Shown piece by piece: positions 1 through 12,148 of a stretch of 64,000 nucleotides of DNA. Each line of letters begins with the position of its first letter. Position 1 is the stretch's first letter. The notes below the pieces were generated by a model. That model was given only the letters and a program-made list of their open reading frames with translations. It did no database searches and was not told the origin of the DNA. A program made the position numbers and the translations under genes. Origin of the DNA: Psammoneis japonica (Eukaryota). The stretch lies in the NCBI GenBank assembly GCA_008632985.1, contig QPGO01000040.1, positions 129,719 to 193,718 of the forward strand, given 5' to 3'.

Positions 1-624
1 TCCCCGACCTGTTCCCACCTTCGACGACGCCACTCAAAGACACGAACTGTTTCCGATCCTTCAGCAGTAACAAAATACTTTCCATTGCCCGACATGGCAA
101 CTTCAGGACTGTAATGTTCTCCTTCAATCATCTGACCCATTCGCTGCCAGTCCGACCTAAACGAACTCCATTGATATGCACGGAGGGGTTTGCTTCGTCC
201 AGACAATGAGAGGACCAAACGGTTGCCATCTCTCGACATTGCCACCTTAATACACACGTATAAGAAGATATGATGAGCAACGATCAGATAGCCAGGCATA
301 TACAAAGCAGATTAGCTTTCTTACCTGATGGAATCTTTTTCTTGAATCTAAAGATATATTTCGTCCCATTCGAACCCACTCTCCAATGTCGACATCAGTT
401 GAGCTCTGAGAAGCGGATGACAGTGATACATTGCCAAGGTGTCGTACGTGAGTGACATTGTTGCTTAGGGAGGTTGCTTCACTCGTAGCGAGACTAGTGT
501 TATGCTCCTCCTGGACAGAATCTTCCTTCGCTACTGGATCGATTTGAGCGTTTGCACCTTTGCAAGACAATGCAAACCACAGCAAGGATCCCAACGCCGC
601 GCACTCTAGAACATTGCGTGTCAT
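1..624 (-). CDS. Secreted FG-GAP-like/beta-propeller repeat protein, 5' part (runs off window start); intron 246-324
   Basis: Signal peptide MTRNVLECAALGSLLWFALSC. A GT..AG intron (gtaaga...ttaag) joins RFHQ to VAMSRDGNRLVLS..RAYQW..WQRMGQ..VAMSGNGKYFV..VRVFEW..WEQVG, the W.Q.G / VA.S.DG propeller repeat. Confidence 0.75.
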
Positions 625-1443
625 GATAGTCTGGTAGTCACGTTGAATAAAAAAGTTCCTTTGCTAACATGAAATGACAGTAAGCTAATCGTCAGATGCG
701 GCAAAGTACGAAAAGAGACAGTGCGTAGGTTCTGCTTACCGTACCTGATTTTTGCCGTCTCTTGACGAGTTGTGATCTCACTAGCTAGAAGTACTGAAAG
801 GGCGTATGTTAAGGCTCTTATGGAATGAGGCTTCCAGCGCTGTGTTACTCAGTTGATGTTATGGTTTCTCTATCTGATCTACCTACCGGAGCTACGTCTT
901 TTTGCGGATTCCGATTTGTGTGAAAGAAGAATCGTCATCAGTTAGTTAGGTCGGAGTTCGCGGGTCTTCGGTCATAAGTGAAATACATTACTTAGGGAGG
1001 AAAGACAGCTTCTCCCTAAATAATGTTCTACAAATAATGTCCGACGTAGAGTCGAATAATACTCTCGGAAACATTTATTGTGAATGTTCCTTTTCATTTT
1101 TTGCAATGACCGAGACGTGTCAACGCGAACTCTGTGTCTTCGATCCGCGAACGAATGCGGCGCATCACAAATTCACCCCACACGCAACAACACGGTACAA
1201 ACAGAAGAAGCGCGAGATAGATACAAGGGCAAACCATCACTGTTAACAGCGCTCGATAAAAAGTTCCCTTTTTAAGAGCGTTTGCTCGCACCTTTCTCAC
1301 AATTCTACAGAGCGAGCAGGCAGTCAAACCCAGACTCACAAGAAGAGGCAAAATTTGGCAACCTGCAAAGTGAACTGTTTTGCATCTTTCCGCTTCTAAC
1401 CACTCGCTTGAGCGTTTGTTGTCCAAATGACTATCAGATCATA

Positions 1444-2215
1444 ATGATGCACAGGACTCTAGATTGCACGGCATTGGGAACGTTTCTGCTGGCATGGCTT
1501 TGCACAGGCGCAAACGGACAAGGCGATCCAGTGGTGCTTGAAGATTCTGTCGGGATGAAGAAAGACACAAGTCTCGCTGAAAGCCACCACAATGCTCACA
1601 GAGGGAGGTTTGACATTGGAATGGCTTTGGCAACCAATGATCGCTCATGCGTGAGCGACCTTGCGGATGATGAATCACAAACCTCGTTGACAAAGGATTC
1701 GGCTGCTTTCGACATTGGAGAGTGGGTGCAAATGGGACGAAGCATCTCTGTGGACAAAAGAAAAAGGCACAAAATGGTGGCAATGTCCAGAGATGGCAAA
1801 CGTGTGGTCATTTCAGAGTCTGGGACATTTGAAAAAGGCGGCACTGTCCGTGCATGTCAACGGAACTCTGTGAAGTCGGATTGGAAACAAGTGGGCCAAA
1901 TCATTGCAGGAGACGAGCTCAGTCCGCTAGTGGCCATGTCGGGAAATGGAAAACATTTTGTTGCTGCCGCAGGCAGGGAAACAGTTCGTGTCTTTAAATG
2001 GCTTCAACAAAGGTGGGAGCAGGTTGGAGAAAGCATTCCAATGTGGGTGGGCACTGGCTGCAATAGAAGGTCCTTTGAGGCAGCAGCAATTTCGGATGAT
2101 GATGGTCAAACTGTTGCTGTTTCGCTCCTCGTGTGCCGTAGAGTCCCTGGACAAGTCAAAGCATTTGACTGGGGAGGATCAAGATGGAGCAGCCACCAGC
2201 AGCTTGCCGGCACCT
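1444..2215 (+). pseudogene. Truncated, TA-mutated inverted paralog of the 1-624 propeller gene
   Basis: Colinear with the 624 gene (DIGEWVQMGRSIS, VAMSRDGKR, VAMSGNGK, ETVRVFKW, WEQVG), with RAYQ->RACQ and GKYF->GKHF. Propeller-like sequence ends near 2200 and runs into TA-free DNA. Confidence 0.7.
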
Positions 2216-2817
2216 CTCTAGAGTGGCAGCTCCAGCTCTTTGCCAGAGAGAGTTTTGGCTTTCCTGCCAATTGTTTTCGGTTGTGTCACTGTCCAGCTGT
2301 CAATTGCAGTGCCCAGCATGCACAGTCAGGCCACAGCACTGGTGCAGCAGGGGCACCAATCCTGCTCTGAGCTGCCACTCTGAGCTGTCACTTGCATTCA
2401 TTCCATTTACAACAAAAACTTTGCCAGCTCATGTGCATGCTCAGCTTTTTTGTGCTCCATTCATCCAACCACACTTGCCTCTCTGATGAGTTCTGCAGCA
2501 CAAGAGCAGTTGCTGCTGATCAGCAAAGCCCACGGTCTGGCCCCGGCTGGTGGTGAAGCCATGCTCTGGCACCTTCCACCCTTTGTGGTGGTCTTTTCTC
2601 TTGACACTGCTCAAACATGCAGATGCAGGACCAAGCATTCTCAGTTCTGCGCTGACAGGTGCCCGGTCAAAATTGAGTGCATTTTTTTCTGTCTGCTTCT
2701 TTGACCGGGCAATTTTTTTGACAGCTCAGGAGGCAATGATGGCCACAAAGTCAATTGGCTGGCAGGTGTGACAAGAGCCAGAATCACTTTGAACACTCCA
2801 GATTGCAGCTGTGGAAA

Positions 2818-2935
2818 TGAAGGCTTTGTTCTCCTTGCAGCTGCCCTGTCATCCTCTTGCTGCTCTTTGTTCTTGCATCACTGCACAAAACTGTCCTTTT
2901 CATCTCAACCAACTGCAAAGTTGGCAAAGTGCCAC
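2818..2935 (+). repeat. Mutated copy of 4340-4456 (sequence upstream of the propeller gene at 4652)
   Basis: tgaaggctttgttctcc...catcactgcacaa...catctcaacc...gtgccac aligns with tgaaggcttcgttctcc...cattactgcacga...catctcaacc...gtgttac. Confidence 0.85.
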
Positions 2936-3060
2936 ATTGTCTTTGCTGCAAAGAGCACCTCAATTTTGTTTGTCCAGACAGCTGGGATGAAAAAACATTT
3001 GTCCATTGCAATGACTTTGATTGTGAGGTTCCATTTTTTGAATGAGCAGCAAATCTGTTC

Positions 3061-3900
3061 TTGAGGAAAGAGAAAGAGTTTGGTCAATCACAAAAGAGAA
3101 AAAAACAATCTCACATGTGCTGATCAAGCGACACATGTCAAGATGGAACTCTGGCTCCCATGTCTCATCAAGGGCACAAGACTGTGCAAAAGGAAAAGAG
3201 CAAGCTGCACAAACAGTTTGGACAGAACATTTTCAATGTGATGAAAATGGACAGTGACAATGATGGGCATTGTCTGAAAACATTGTGCGTTTTTCAACAA
3301 ATTCACAATCAAATCATTGAGAGTCAAAGCTGTGGAGAGCTCTTGAATCGGAAGATGATCATGAGCAGGGGGTGCAGCAGGAGAAGTTGGTGCAAGACAT
3401 TGTCTTGGCTGCAAAGGGTGCCATGGTTTTGTTTGCCTGAACAGCTTGGATGAACTTGCTTTTCTCCACCATCAGGCCACAACTTTGATTGCGAGGTTCT
3501 GTTTTTTTAGAGGACCTGGCAAATCTGCTCCCAACCCCAACCCTGACCTGACCCTTGGAAAAGGAAAGAGTTTTGTTTGTCTTGTCAAAAGAGGAAAACA
3601 ATCTCACATGTGCCGGTGACCAAGTGGGGCATTAAACTGGAGCTCCGATTCCTGTGTCTCATCAAGGGTGTGACCGCACAAAAGGAAAAGAGCAAGCCAG
3701 ACACAAACAGTTTGGATTGAACATTTTCAATGTGACAAGAATGGTCAGTGACCAAGATGAGCATCATCAGAAAATGTTGAGTGAGTGTCTTTCAACAAAC
3801 TCACAATCAAATCATTGTTGGAGATCAAAGCTGCCGAGAGGCTCTTTGTCAGAGGATCACGAGCAGGAAGAGAAGCAGGAGGAGTTGGCACAAGATGGTG
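3061..3900 (+). repeat. Diverged direct duplication (~340 bp: 3061-3400 and 3555-3900)
   Basis: Shared blocks acaatctcacatgtgc, gtctcatcaaggg, caaaaggaaaagagcaagc, cacaaacagtttgga, aacattttcaatgtga and tcacaatcaaatcattg. Confidence 0.85.
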
Positions 3901-4651
3901 AGAGGAGGAAAAAACAATGCTTCCCAAATCTGATTTAGATTGAGAGTTGTGTCAGCTGGCTGTTGGTCAGGGGTGTGTGCGATTGTGCTCAGCAGGGCAG
4001 GGGCACACAAAAAATGAACGAGAAAGTGAAGAAACCAGGAGGCAGTTCTCACGAGCACAAAAATCGTGATGCCTTTGTTTTTGAGTGCCAAAGTCACCAA
4101 GGCAAAGTGGGCAAACCTCTGGCTCTACCGGTGGAGGCAAGCTCCAGAAAGCAGGGGAAACAATGAAGTCGCAAGCAGCATTTTGATTTCTTGAAATTTG
4201 TTCGGTTACGTACGTAAATGTGGTTTCACCTTTTTCCCTCTCCCAAATTTCAAAATTTCAAATTTTCGCTAAAAATGCCGTCCGGCCGTCAATCAGTGCG
4301 ACACAAAAAGAAATGTTGGCCTTCGACCATGGCGCTCGCTGAAGGCTTCGTTCTCCCGGCAGCTGCCTCGTCGTCTCGCTGCTCTCTGTCTCTCTCGCAT
4401 TACTGCACGACTGTCCCATTCATCTCAACCAGACTGCGAAGTTGACAGAGTGTTACAAAAGTAAATGCACCTGCATAACGCGCGGAGAGAAAAAATGCGA
4501 TGGCTTATCCGCGTTCATCTTTATTCTTGCTTCAAGTTCAGCGAAACGTTCGATCCGCAACAATCTCAATCGTGTTGCCGCATCAACCTCTCTCTTATCC
4601 AGCAAGCGCAATGACAAAAAGAAGAAGAAGAAGAACAACTCATTGCTGCTT

Positions 4652-6403
4652 ATGACGTATGAAGACACGGGTGAAATGAATGCCCAAAACTCTACTACAT
4701 CCGACAGTGCAGAGGAAGATGCTGCTGGCGCCTTTGCCATTGGTCAAGGAGGACGAGTTGTGCGAAGAGGAAGGAACGCTGACAATGTTTCGCTCTTGTC
4801 GGGACTCGAAACCATAAGTTCTAATGATTCGCCTCCTCCAGAGGAGTCTGCTCGCACTGACAGTGGTGATGCTCCACTCGTCGTAGCTCAATTGGCAGAA
4901 GGAGCGGAGGATGTCGTAGCTCTTCAGGAACGAGTTGATCGTCTCGAAGCAGGAATTCACCAGGCACAAGTTGTAGAGGGGGTTCCTGCTGCTGATCATG
5001 GTGTACAGACGAACGAGCAAGCAAACGAAACAACACGAGTTGATGAGAATACTGAAGAGGAGCTTTTTTACAATCGTCTTCGCAAACGATTCGTTATTCT
5101 GGGCATTGTGGCGTTGGCAGCGATTGTTGGAATTGCAGTTGGTATATCTACTGGTGGCAGCGGCGACAGCACAGCTAATTCACCTCCACGCCCCACTCCA
5201 TCATCAGCTCCAACAACCAATCCTTCTGAAGGTTTGCCGCTAAATGGGACGTGGAATCCCGTTGGTGACGTCTTGCATGGAAATGATGCAGAAGATAATT
5301 TTGGCCATTCTGTCTCCCTGTCTCGTGATGGTGGTGTCATGGCCATTGGAGCGGATCAATGGCCCTCTTCTTCCAATCCCGGCTATGCTGTTGTGCAACG
5401 ATACAACCCAAATACCCAACAATGGACACAAATTGGCCAAGAATTGGGTGGACAAGCCATTGCAGACGGTTTTGGCACGTCCGTATCGTTAAATGGCGAC
5501 GGCAACATTCTTGCCATTGGAGCTAATCGGAATGGTGCGGATGCAGGTTACGTTCGGGTGTTTGAATACAACTCTGTTTCGGATCGTTGGGTCCAACTCG
5601 GTGGAGATATTCTTGGACAAGATGATTATGATTCATTTGGTTTTTCCGTGTCACTCTCGGACGCTGGAGATATACTTGCCGTGGGAGCGTGGGTTGTTGG
5701 ATTGGTTCGATTGTTTCAATACGATAACGGCACATCCTCCTGGAATCAACTTGGACAGACGCTGACTGGCGAAGCTAGTTTCGGTTATTCCGTTTCATTG
5801 AGTCGCTTGGGAACCATTGTTGGCATTGGAGCTTTATGGAATGATTCAGGTGGAAACAATTCTGGTCGAGTGTCTGCATATGAATACCATTCTGCATCGT
5901 CAACATGGGATCTGTTGGGCAGTCCAATCAACGGACGAGTTGTTGATGGTTATTTTGGAGCTTCTGTTTCACTTGGTGACACTGGATTAATCATTGCCGC
6001 TGGTGCTTTCGCAAGCGAAAGAGTTTTGGTTTACGCATACGACGGGTCGACATCTAAATGGAATCAACGTGGCCAAACTATAGTCACGCAACAGCCTGGT
6101 GATCTTTTTGGTATATCGGTGTCGCTGAGTGGCAATGGAAATGTTGTGGCTGCTGGAAGTCATTTGCATGACGTTAATGGATCGGTCGACGTGGGTCAAG
6201 TCCGAATCTTTCAATACGACACCACCGCAGACGAATGGAAACAAGTGGGTGATCGTTTAAATGGCGAGTCCATGGTTGATGAATTTGGATATTCCGTGTC
6301 CTTATCAACAGACGGAAGTGTCATTGGGGTCGGTGCTTATAACACGAATGTCAATGGCAGAAATTCTGGATCTGCATATGAATTCACGGTAAACAACATT
6401 TAG
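4652..6403 (+). CDS. Single-pass membrane protein with extracellular FG-GAP-like beta-propeller
   Basis: ATG at 4652 is in frame with the ORF. Acidic N-terminus, TM helix FVILGIVALAAIVGIAVGI, Pro/Thr linker, then ~7 repeats of FGxSVSLSxDGxxxAxGA...W.Q.G. Confidence 0.85.
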   Translation: MTYEDTGEMNAQNSTTSDSAEEDAAGAFAIGQGGRVVRRGRNADNVSLLSGLETISSNDSPPPEESARTDSGDAPLVVAQLAEGAEDVVALQERVDRLEAGIHQAQVVEGVPAADHGVQTNEQANETTRVDENTEEELFYNRLRKRFVILGIVALAAIVGIAVGISTGGSGDSTANSPPRPTPSSAPTTNPSEGLPLNGTWNPVGDVLHGNDAEDNFGHSVSLSRDGGVMAIGADQWPSSSNPGYAVVQRYNPNTQQWTQIGQELGGQAIADGFGTSVSLNGDGNILAIGANRNGADAGYVRVFEYNSVSDRWVQLGGDILGQDDYDSFGFSVSLSDAGDILAVGAWVVGLVRLFQYDNGTSSWNQLGQTLTGEASFGYSVSLSRLGTIVGIGALWNDSGGNNSGRVSAYEYHSASSTWDLLGSPINGRVVDGYFGASVSLGDTGLIIAAGAFASERVLVYAYDGSTSKWNQRGQTIVTQQPGDLFGISVSLSGNGNVVAAGSHLHDVNGSVDVGQVRIFQYDTTADEWKQVGDRLNGESMVDEFGYSVSLSTDGSVIGVGAYNTNVNGRNSGSAYEFTVNNI

Positions 6404-7090
6404 AAATGCAATTTTTTATTTCATCCTATTGCAATCATGCTGTGTTTGCAGTTCGTTCGATGAGTGGGTCGGTCGTGACGAAACTCTTCCAACGTCCTTG
6501 CGTTTCATTCAACGCCGAAAAGAGCAGCAGTTCTCTACTAGACGTCAGATATGTTCTGGATGATTCGAAGAATTATAGTTGCTACCGGAATAATCGAGGT
6601 GGGATATTCGATGAGTTGCAATGACCTCTTTTCAAAAGAAGTGGTAGAGACGTTGGACAGCCGTCACGGGTGCATGTGTGAGGATTATACGAGCAGACAA
6701 TTCTGGTAAAGATAGTGTTGTGTGTTTCAGAGTCTCCAATGTCTTGTACGGAAAGCAATATACAGTACTGCGTGTGTGGTGGGGAACAGCATCCCGTGTG
6801 AGCAAGGACCTTTACGTTGATTTATACTGTGCCGCGATCGATTGATTCAGATGAAATAAAATGGGGAGTTTGCATACAATCCTCTCTACTAGAGTAGCAT
6901 TGGGTTGCTAAAAATTCATGGATTGTATCGCGCGTCAAGAGGCCAAGTGAGTTTTGCGAGAGTGGCACGATGGAGTGGTCCAAGCGTGGCTGGGCCGCAA
7001 TACTCTCCACGTAAAGTTAGTTGGGACACAAGGCATATCAAAGATCCTTTACATTTACCACATCAGTAAAGAGTTATCCGCCAACCGCAA

Positions 7091-9140
7091 TCAAATCAGA
7101 TAAAATGGCGAGCTTGCATACACGGGCTCTTGACCATTGGGTGGGAAAATCTTAAATTCAGCAAGATAACAGCCAACTCCACCAAGCCTTGCCATGGGAT
7201 TCCGAACTTCATACATCCATCTGTTCTTCTTGACAAGTCGCATCTTGCCACCCGACAAGCCCGTGTCTTGGGCCTTGGCCTTGTTGCCGACAAACCTTGC
7301 AATGCGCGTCAACTCTGGCTCAAGTCCACCCTCTGCATCCGAGATCACGTTATTGTTGCAGTCCTTGACTCGAATCTTTAAACGTAGTTTCGAGTCTGTA
7401 CTCTTGGCGGCTATTCTCTTCAAATATGGCGGACAAGAAAAGCTGTATCTCGGTGAGGAACGAATCATCACTTGACCCATGGGTCTCGACCTTGTAACCT
7501 GCAACGGACACGAACCACAAGCATCACCGACGCCGTCCCCGTCACTGTCCGCCTGATCAGGGTTGGGAACCGAGGGGCAGTTATCAACATCATCCGGTAC
7601 CCCGTCGCCATCACTATCGGGATCTTCCTTCAACAACTCCAACACAAAAAAGCTCCGAATAAGCTTCCCTTCTTTTCTTATTCCATTGGCTGCCTCAAAG
7701 AACAGCTTTCCATCAATCGGTGTCAATCGTCTTATTTCCGAAGAATTGGGACCACGACGAATGTCCCTTATCATTTCAGTAGAGTTACTCAAGGGGTCGT
7801 GCACCCACAGCTCCCTTCCATGCACTGCATCATCCGCCGTAAAGAACAACATTCCATCCATGGGTGTCAATAGAAATGGATTCGAAGACCCTTCCCTGTA
7901 TCGGGTTTGGATATCTGCTACCATTTCCGTTGTGTTATGCACGGGATCATGCACCCAAAGCTCCCCCCCATGCCTTCCGTCTTCAGCGGCAAAGTATAGC
8001 TTTCCGTCCATTGGTGTCAAATAAGAAGGATTTGATCTCTGGTTACTACCACCGGGACGGATATCTTCTACCAATTTTGTTTCTTGACTAAGTGGATCAT
8101 GCATAAAAAGCTCTGTTCCTCGCTGTTTGTCCTCAGCACTAAAGTATAGCCTTCCATCCATGACTGTCAAACTCCGTGGATTCGAACCACCATAGCCTCC
8201 ACTGGGATGGATGTCCTTCACCATTTCTGTTGTTTGGCTCAACGGATCGTGCATCCAAAGCTCATGTCCATGCTTTTCATCCCTGGCATTGAAATACAAC
8301 TTTCCATCCATGGGTGTCAAGTAACGTGGACGCGAATCCTCACTACCGGGACTGATATCCATTACCACTTCCGTTGTTTGACTCAAAGGATCGTGCACCA
8401 AAAGCTCCTCTCCATACCTTCCATTCCTGGCTGTGAAAAAAAGCTTTCCATCCATGGGTGTCAAGTTTTCGGGATTCCAAAATCTTGCGCCTTTACTTTC
8501 AAGAAGCTTTACCGTTGATTTCTTCACGGGGTCGTGCATCCAAAGTTCACTTGCAGCTTGGAAATACAGCTTTCCATCCATTGGTGTCAAATATCGCGGA
8601 ATCGAAGATCTGCGACCGGGAGAGATATCCATCACCATTTCTGTTGTTTGTTTCAGTGGATCATGCATCCAAAGCTCAGATCCATGCTTTCCATCAGTAG
8701 CCACGAAATAGAGCTTTCCGTCCATGGGTGCGAAATCTGATGGAGCCGACGAATCGGTACTGGCCAGATATCCGTTACCATTTCCAGCGTCTGGCTCGAT
8801 AGATCGTACAGCCAAAGCTCCAGCCCATGCGTTCCGTCATTAGCATCAAAGTACAGTTTTCCATCCATCTCCACCACTTCGCGAACTGGATAAATGGCAT
8901 TGCTAACTAAAGTAATCTTGAAGGATGGTCGTTCTTGCACTAACCGACGGTGTGATTTGTTCTCGTAGTAATAAGTTTGGATTTCCCCGTCGACCTTCTC
9001 ATTTCGCAAAGAACGAGAAGACTTGTTGTTGTTGTTCTCCGTCGACGGAATTCCTCTCCAAGAAGACTTGTTGCAGTTGCTGCATGCTTACAGACACCAC
9101 CGATAAGAAAAAGACATGCCCAATAAGTCAGCCCGATCAT
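7091..9140 (-). CDS. Secreted ELWxxDGT-type repeat propeller protein with thrombospondin type-3 Ca-binding repeat; two apparent -1 frameshifts (~9055, ~8760)
   Basis: Signal peptide [15 protein letters not shown], about eight GxELWxHDP..TEMVxDIxPG..[13 protein letters not shown] repeats, and [34 protein letters not shown]. Three ORFs join if one G is added at each of two G runs. Confidence 0.8.
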
Positions 9141-9439
9141 ACTCTTGTTTCTTGTTGCGCTATTTTGTAACAAAGTTTCTTGTTGTGTGCAGAAAAACGG
9201 TTGGGAGTTGTAAGATCAAGATGATGGAATGAATGCTGTCGGTTTGTCACGACTTCATGGTCAGTGAGTCAAACAGACATTGTTATTGATCTCGTCCTTA
9301 AATGCTAATTGATACGGGCTTTCAATCTACTTAGGGTGTGTGTTTATTTAAGAGATCAGAGAATGACTTAACGAAAGATTGATTCTTATACAAAGCTGAT
9401 GATGTCATTGAATTTCATAAGATTGGGTTGCGACAAAAC

Positions 9440-11985
9440 AGCGATTGCAACTCCCAACTGGGAGGTCTGTAAGTGGTGCAGAAGAGAGAAATTAAGGGAA
9501 GACGATTGCAGTTGTCCATTCCAATTCTTTACTCTTGCATCCATTTATCACCCATTGTGTGGCCATCCACTGTCCACCATCCATTGTCTGTGGTCATCCT
9601 CCGCAACTCACAACCCCACATGTCACCGTCCATTGCCCCCGCCCCCGCCTTCAGCCACACACAGTCCATCATCAACTGTCCATTTCAAGCTTCAACAGCC
9701 TGAACATGTGAATGGAGTTTCTCATTTGCATTGAGCAAGATCGACTTGAGAAATTCCAACAGCACCGCCATGCCCCTCTCCTTCACAACCTTCGTGAACT
9801 CCGCTGCGTCTTGCTCCAACCTTGTGATGGACTGCCTTTGTGCACTTTCTAACAATTTTGTTAAAGACCTTTTCCTTCTGCATCTTGTGGTTTGTCTCAT
9901 CCTGTTCTGATCACAATGTTTCCCTCAGATTGCCTTGTCCTTCTCTGGCACGGTTGTGCCGATGATCATGGACACTCCAGCTCCTCCTGTTTGTGTTTTC
10001 CTGCTGCCTCAGAGGCATCAGCACCTGCACTTCTGGCCCAAACACTCTTCCAACACACTTGCTTGTTTTCCTCATGGTTTCCATGTTCTCATTGGCTTGT
10101 CAACCCAACTGGGAAATTGTGTCATTTTCACCCACTCCTTCAAATCTTTTGTGCTTCCACACCAAGTTGTGCCCTCCTTGCCCAAGTCAATGTCTCTCCC
10201 GGTCTGTCACAACTTCACCACCACACCCTTTTCAGCAGGCACCCTTGCAGCTTCCTCTCAGCAAAGCCCTCAAGAGACTGTTTTTTTGCCAGCCGCTCTT
10301 TCACCGGGGAGCAACAACTTCTCTTCCAGTCAATCCTTCAACTGGAGCAACAAAATCTGCAACAATTCTTGTCAGCTCAGCAAGCTTGAATGCCACAATT
10401 GCTCACACCAACCGATTCTTGGGTTCCTCTCCTCCTGAATCCCCAGCCTTCTCTTGGGTTCTTGTGACATCCCAGCCTTTTGCTTTTTAGCCTCTGCACC
10501 AGAACAGCTCAACAACATGGCAGCAGCATTGGCAACAGTGTTCCAAGAGATGCGTCATTGTGGTCCAAACATGTGGTGAGTTTTGGAGTTGGCAAGACTG
10601 ATGCAGTTTGGTCAGCAAGCTGCAAAGCTCCAACACAGGCTAAAAAGTGAGCACAAAACCACGTTCATGGAGAGCTTGTGAGTGCAAGTTCGCAACGTTG
10701 CCAACAGCAGTGACCAATGCTCTTTCACTGCAACATTGACTGTCTTCTCTCTGTCTTCCCAACAAAGATGCCTTGAACCTTGGCATTGCAACACCCAGGC
10801 TTTGTGTTCCAACAACTCTCATGTCTTTGCGTGTGTTTGTTTGCAGAGTTTTTGGCAATTGCAGTGTGGACCGCTTGATGACTTTTTGCTTGCATGCTTT
10901 GTCATTGTTTTGCAGCCCTTGGAGGACACCACAAGTCTGCTTTCTCCTCTCACAAGCTCTTCAGATGACTTGGTGGTGTCTTGATGTTGTTGTTGCATCT
11001 GCACTTGCTTGTGTTTTGATCATTTGTATTTTCATCTTCAGCCTTGCTCTTGTTGAAAAAAGATTTCTTCTGCTGCTGGCACAGCAAGAACAACACACAC
11101 ACACACACACACACACATTGTCATCACAAAAAAGCGTGCTGGGAGCTTGAGCTTGGCAATTGACCCCCTTGAAACTGAGCCCCCCCCCTTGATTGAGCAG
11201 CCCACCAAAAGGTGACTCTGCCTTCAATGAAAGGACAATTGATGAAAAGCACAAGCAAAACCAAAGTTGAGGTGCACCTGTTTCTGCCCCCCACAAAGTT
11301 TCTTGGCACACTCTCTTTTTTGAGAAGGAGACCCAGCACCCTGTTTTTGCACAGCACCAGCACAGCTGACCACATGTGTGTGAGCCATTTGATGCATTCA
11401 ATGTGTCATCTGAGAAAAACATGAGTTTCCTTTCATCCTCCAAGATCAACCTTTGATGATTTCCAACTTGGCTGCTTGTTTGGGCAAAAATCTTTTGGAG
11501 AGAAGCACAAGAGCTGCTGTTTCATCTGCGAAGCAACACAAAGAGGCCCTGCTGCTGGTGTGGAGCGGGGGAAGTCTCTCATCTCGGGGGGAAAACACAC
11601 ACATGTCAAGCCAGGAACTGGCAGGGCACACCAGTGTGAGTGGATGGGCAGCTGGAGGAAGGAGAGGATGCCATGAGGGAGAGTTGGCCAGAAAATCTCT
11701 CTGCAGCAAGAGCCAGTTTGGGGCACTGTCTCGACACACACAGCAAGAACAGCAGCAGCTCACACAAAATCTGCTGCAATGGTGTGGGGTGGTCCATTTG
11801 CCCATGTTTTGCCATGCTGGAAAACATCACCTAAATGACAAGAGATTGTAGAAAAAAAAAAGCCCCAAGAGCATTGCTTTTGTGTCATGTTGTGTGACCA
11901 CCTCACACACAACCACTGTCCAACCAAACATCCATCAAGAACCCACACACCCCACAGGAAGTGTGAGAAAGACAAACAGACACTT
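9440..11985. other. TpA/CpG-depleted degenerate block, probable repeat or TE remnant
   Basis: About ten TA in 2.5 kb by eye. No recognisable protein. Contains a (CA)n run at ~11093-11116. Confidence 0.7.
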
Positions 11986-12148
11986 TGCGTTGCCGCCGGC
12001 TGCGGCCGCGGCGGTGTTGGGTGTTGGAGTTGGATCACAATGACAAAGATAGATTTCACTTGTCGTGCACCTGATAGTTACTATCCGTTGCTTTGCTCTG
12101 AGAAGAACAACAAAAAAATGCCATTGACTAGGCGATAAAAACAAGTCC

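Larger units (their letters stand above)
2225..4200. other. TpA- and CpG-depleted degenerate repeat block
   Basis: Only a handful of TA dinucleotides in ~2 kb by eye, with strong TG/CA excess and internal duplications. Confidence 0.8.

Noticed and set aside
2184..4166. Many 60-100 aa ORFs on both strands
   Set aside because: They are a by-product of TAA/TAG loss in TA-depleted DNA and show no recognisable domains.
4442..4651. N-terminal extension from a TTG start in the ORF track
   Set aside because: A non-ATG start is unlikely in a eukaryotic nuclear gene. ATG 4652 is preferred.
7700..8870. Regularly spaced DNA repeats resembling an array
   Set aside because: They are coding ELW propeller repeats, not CRISPR, and the context is eukaryotic.
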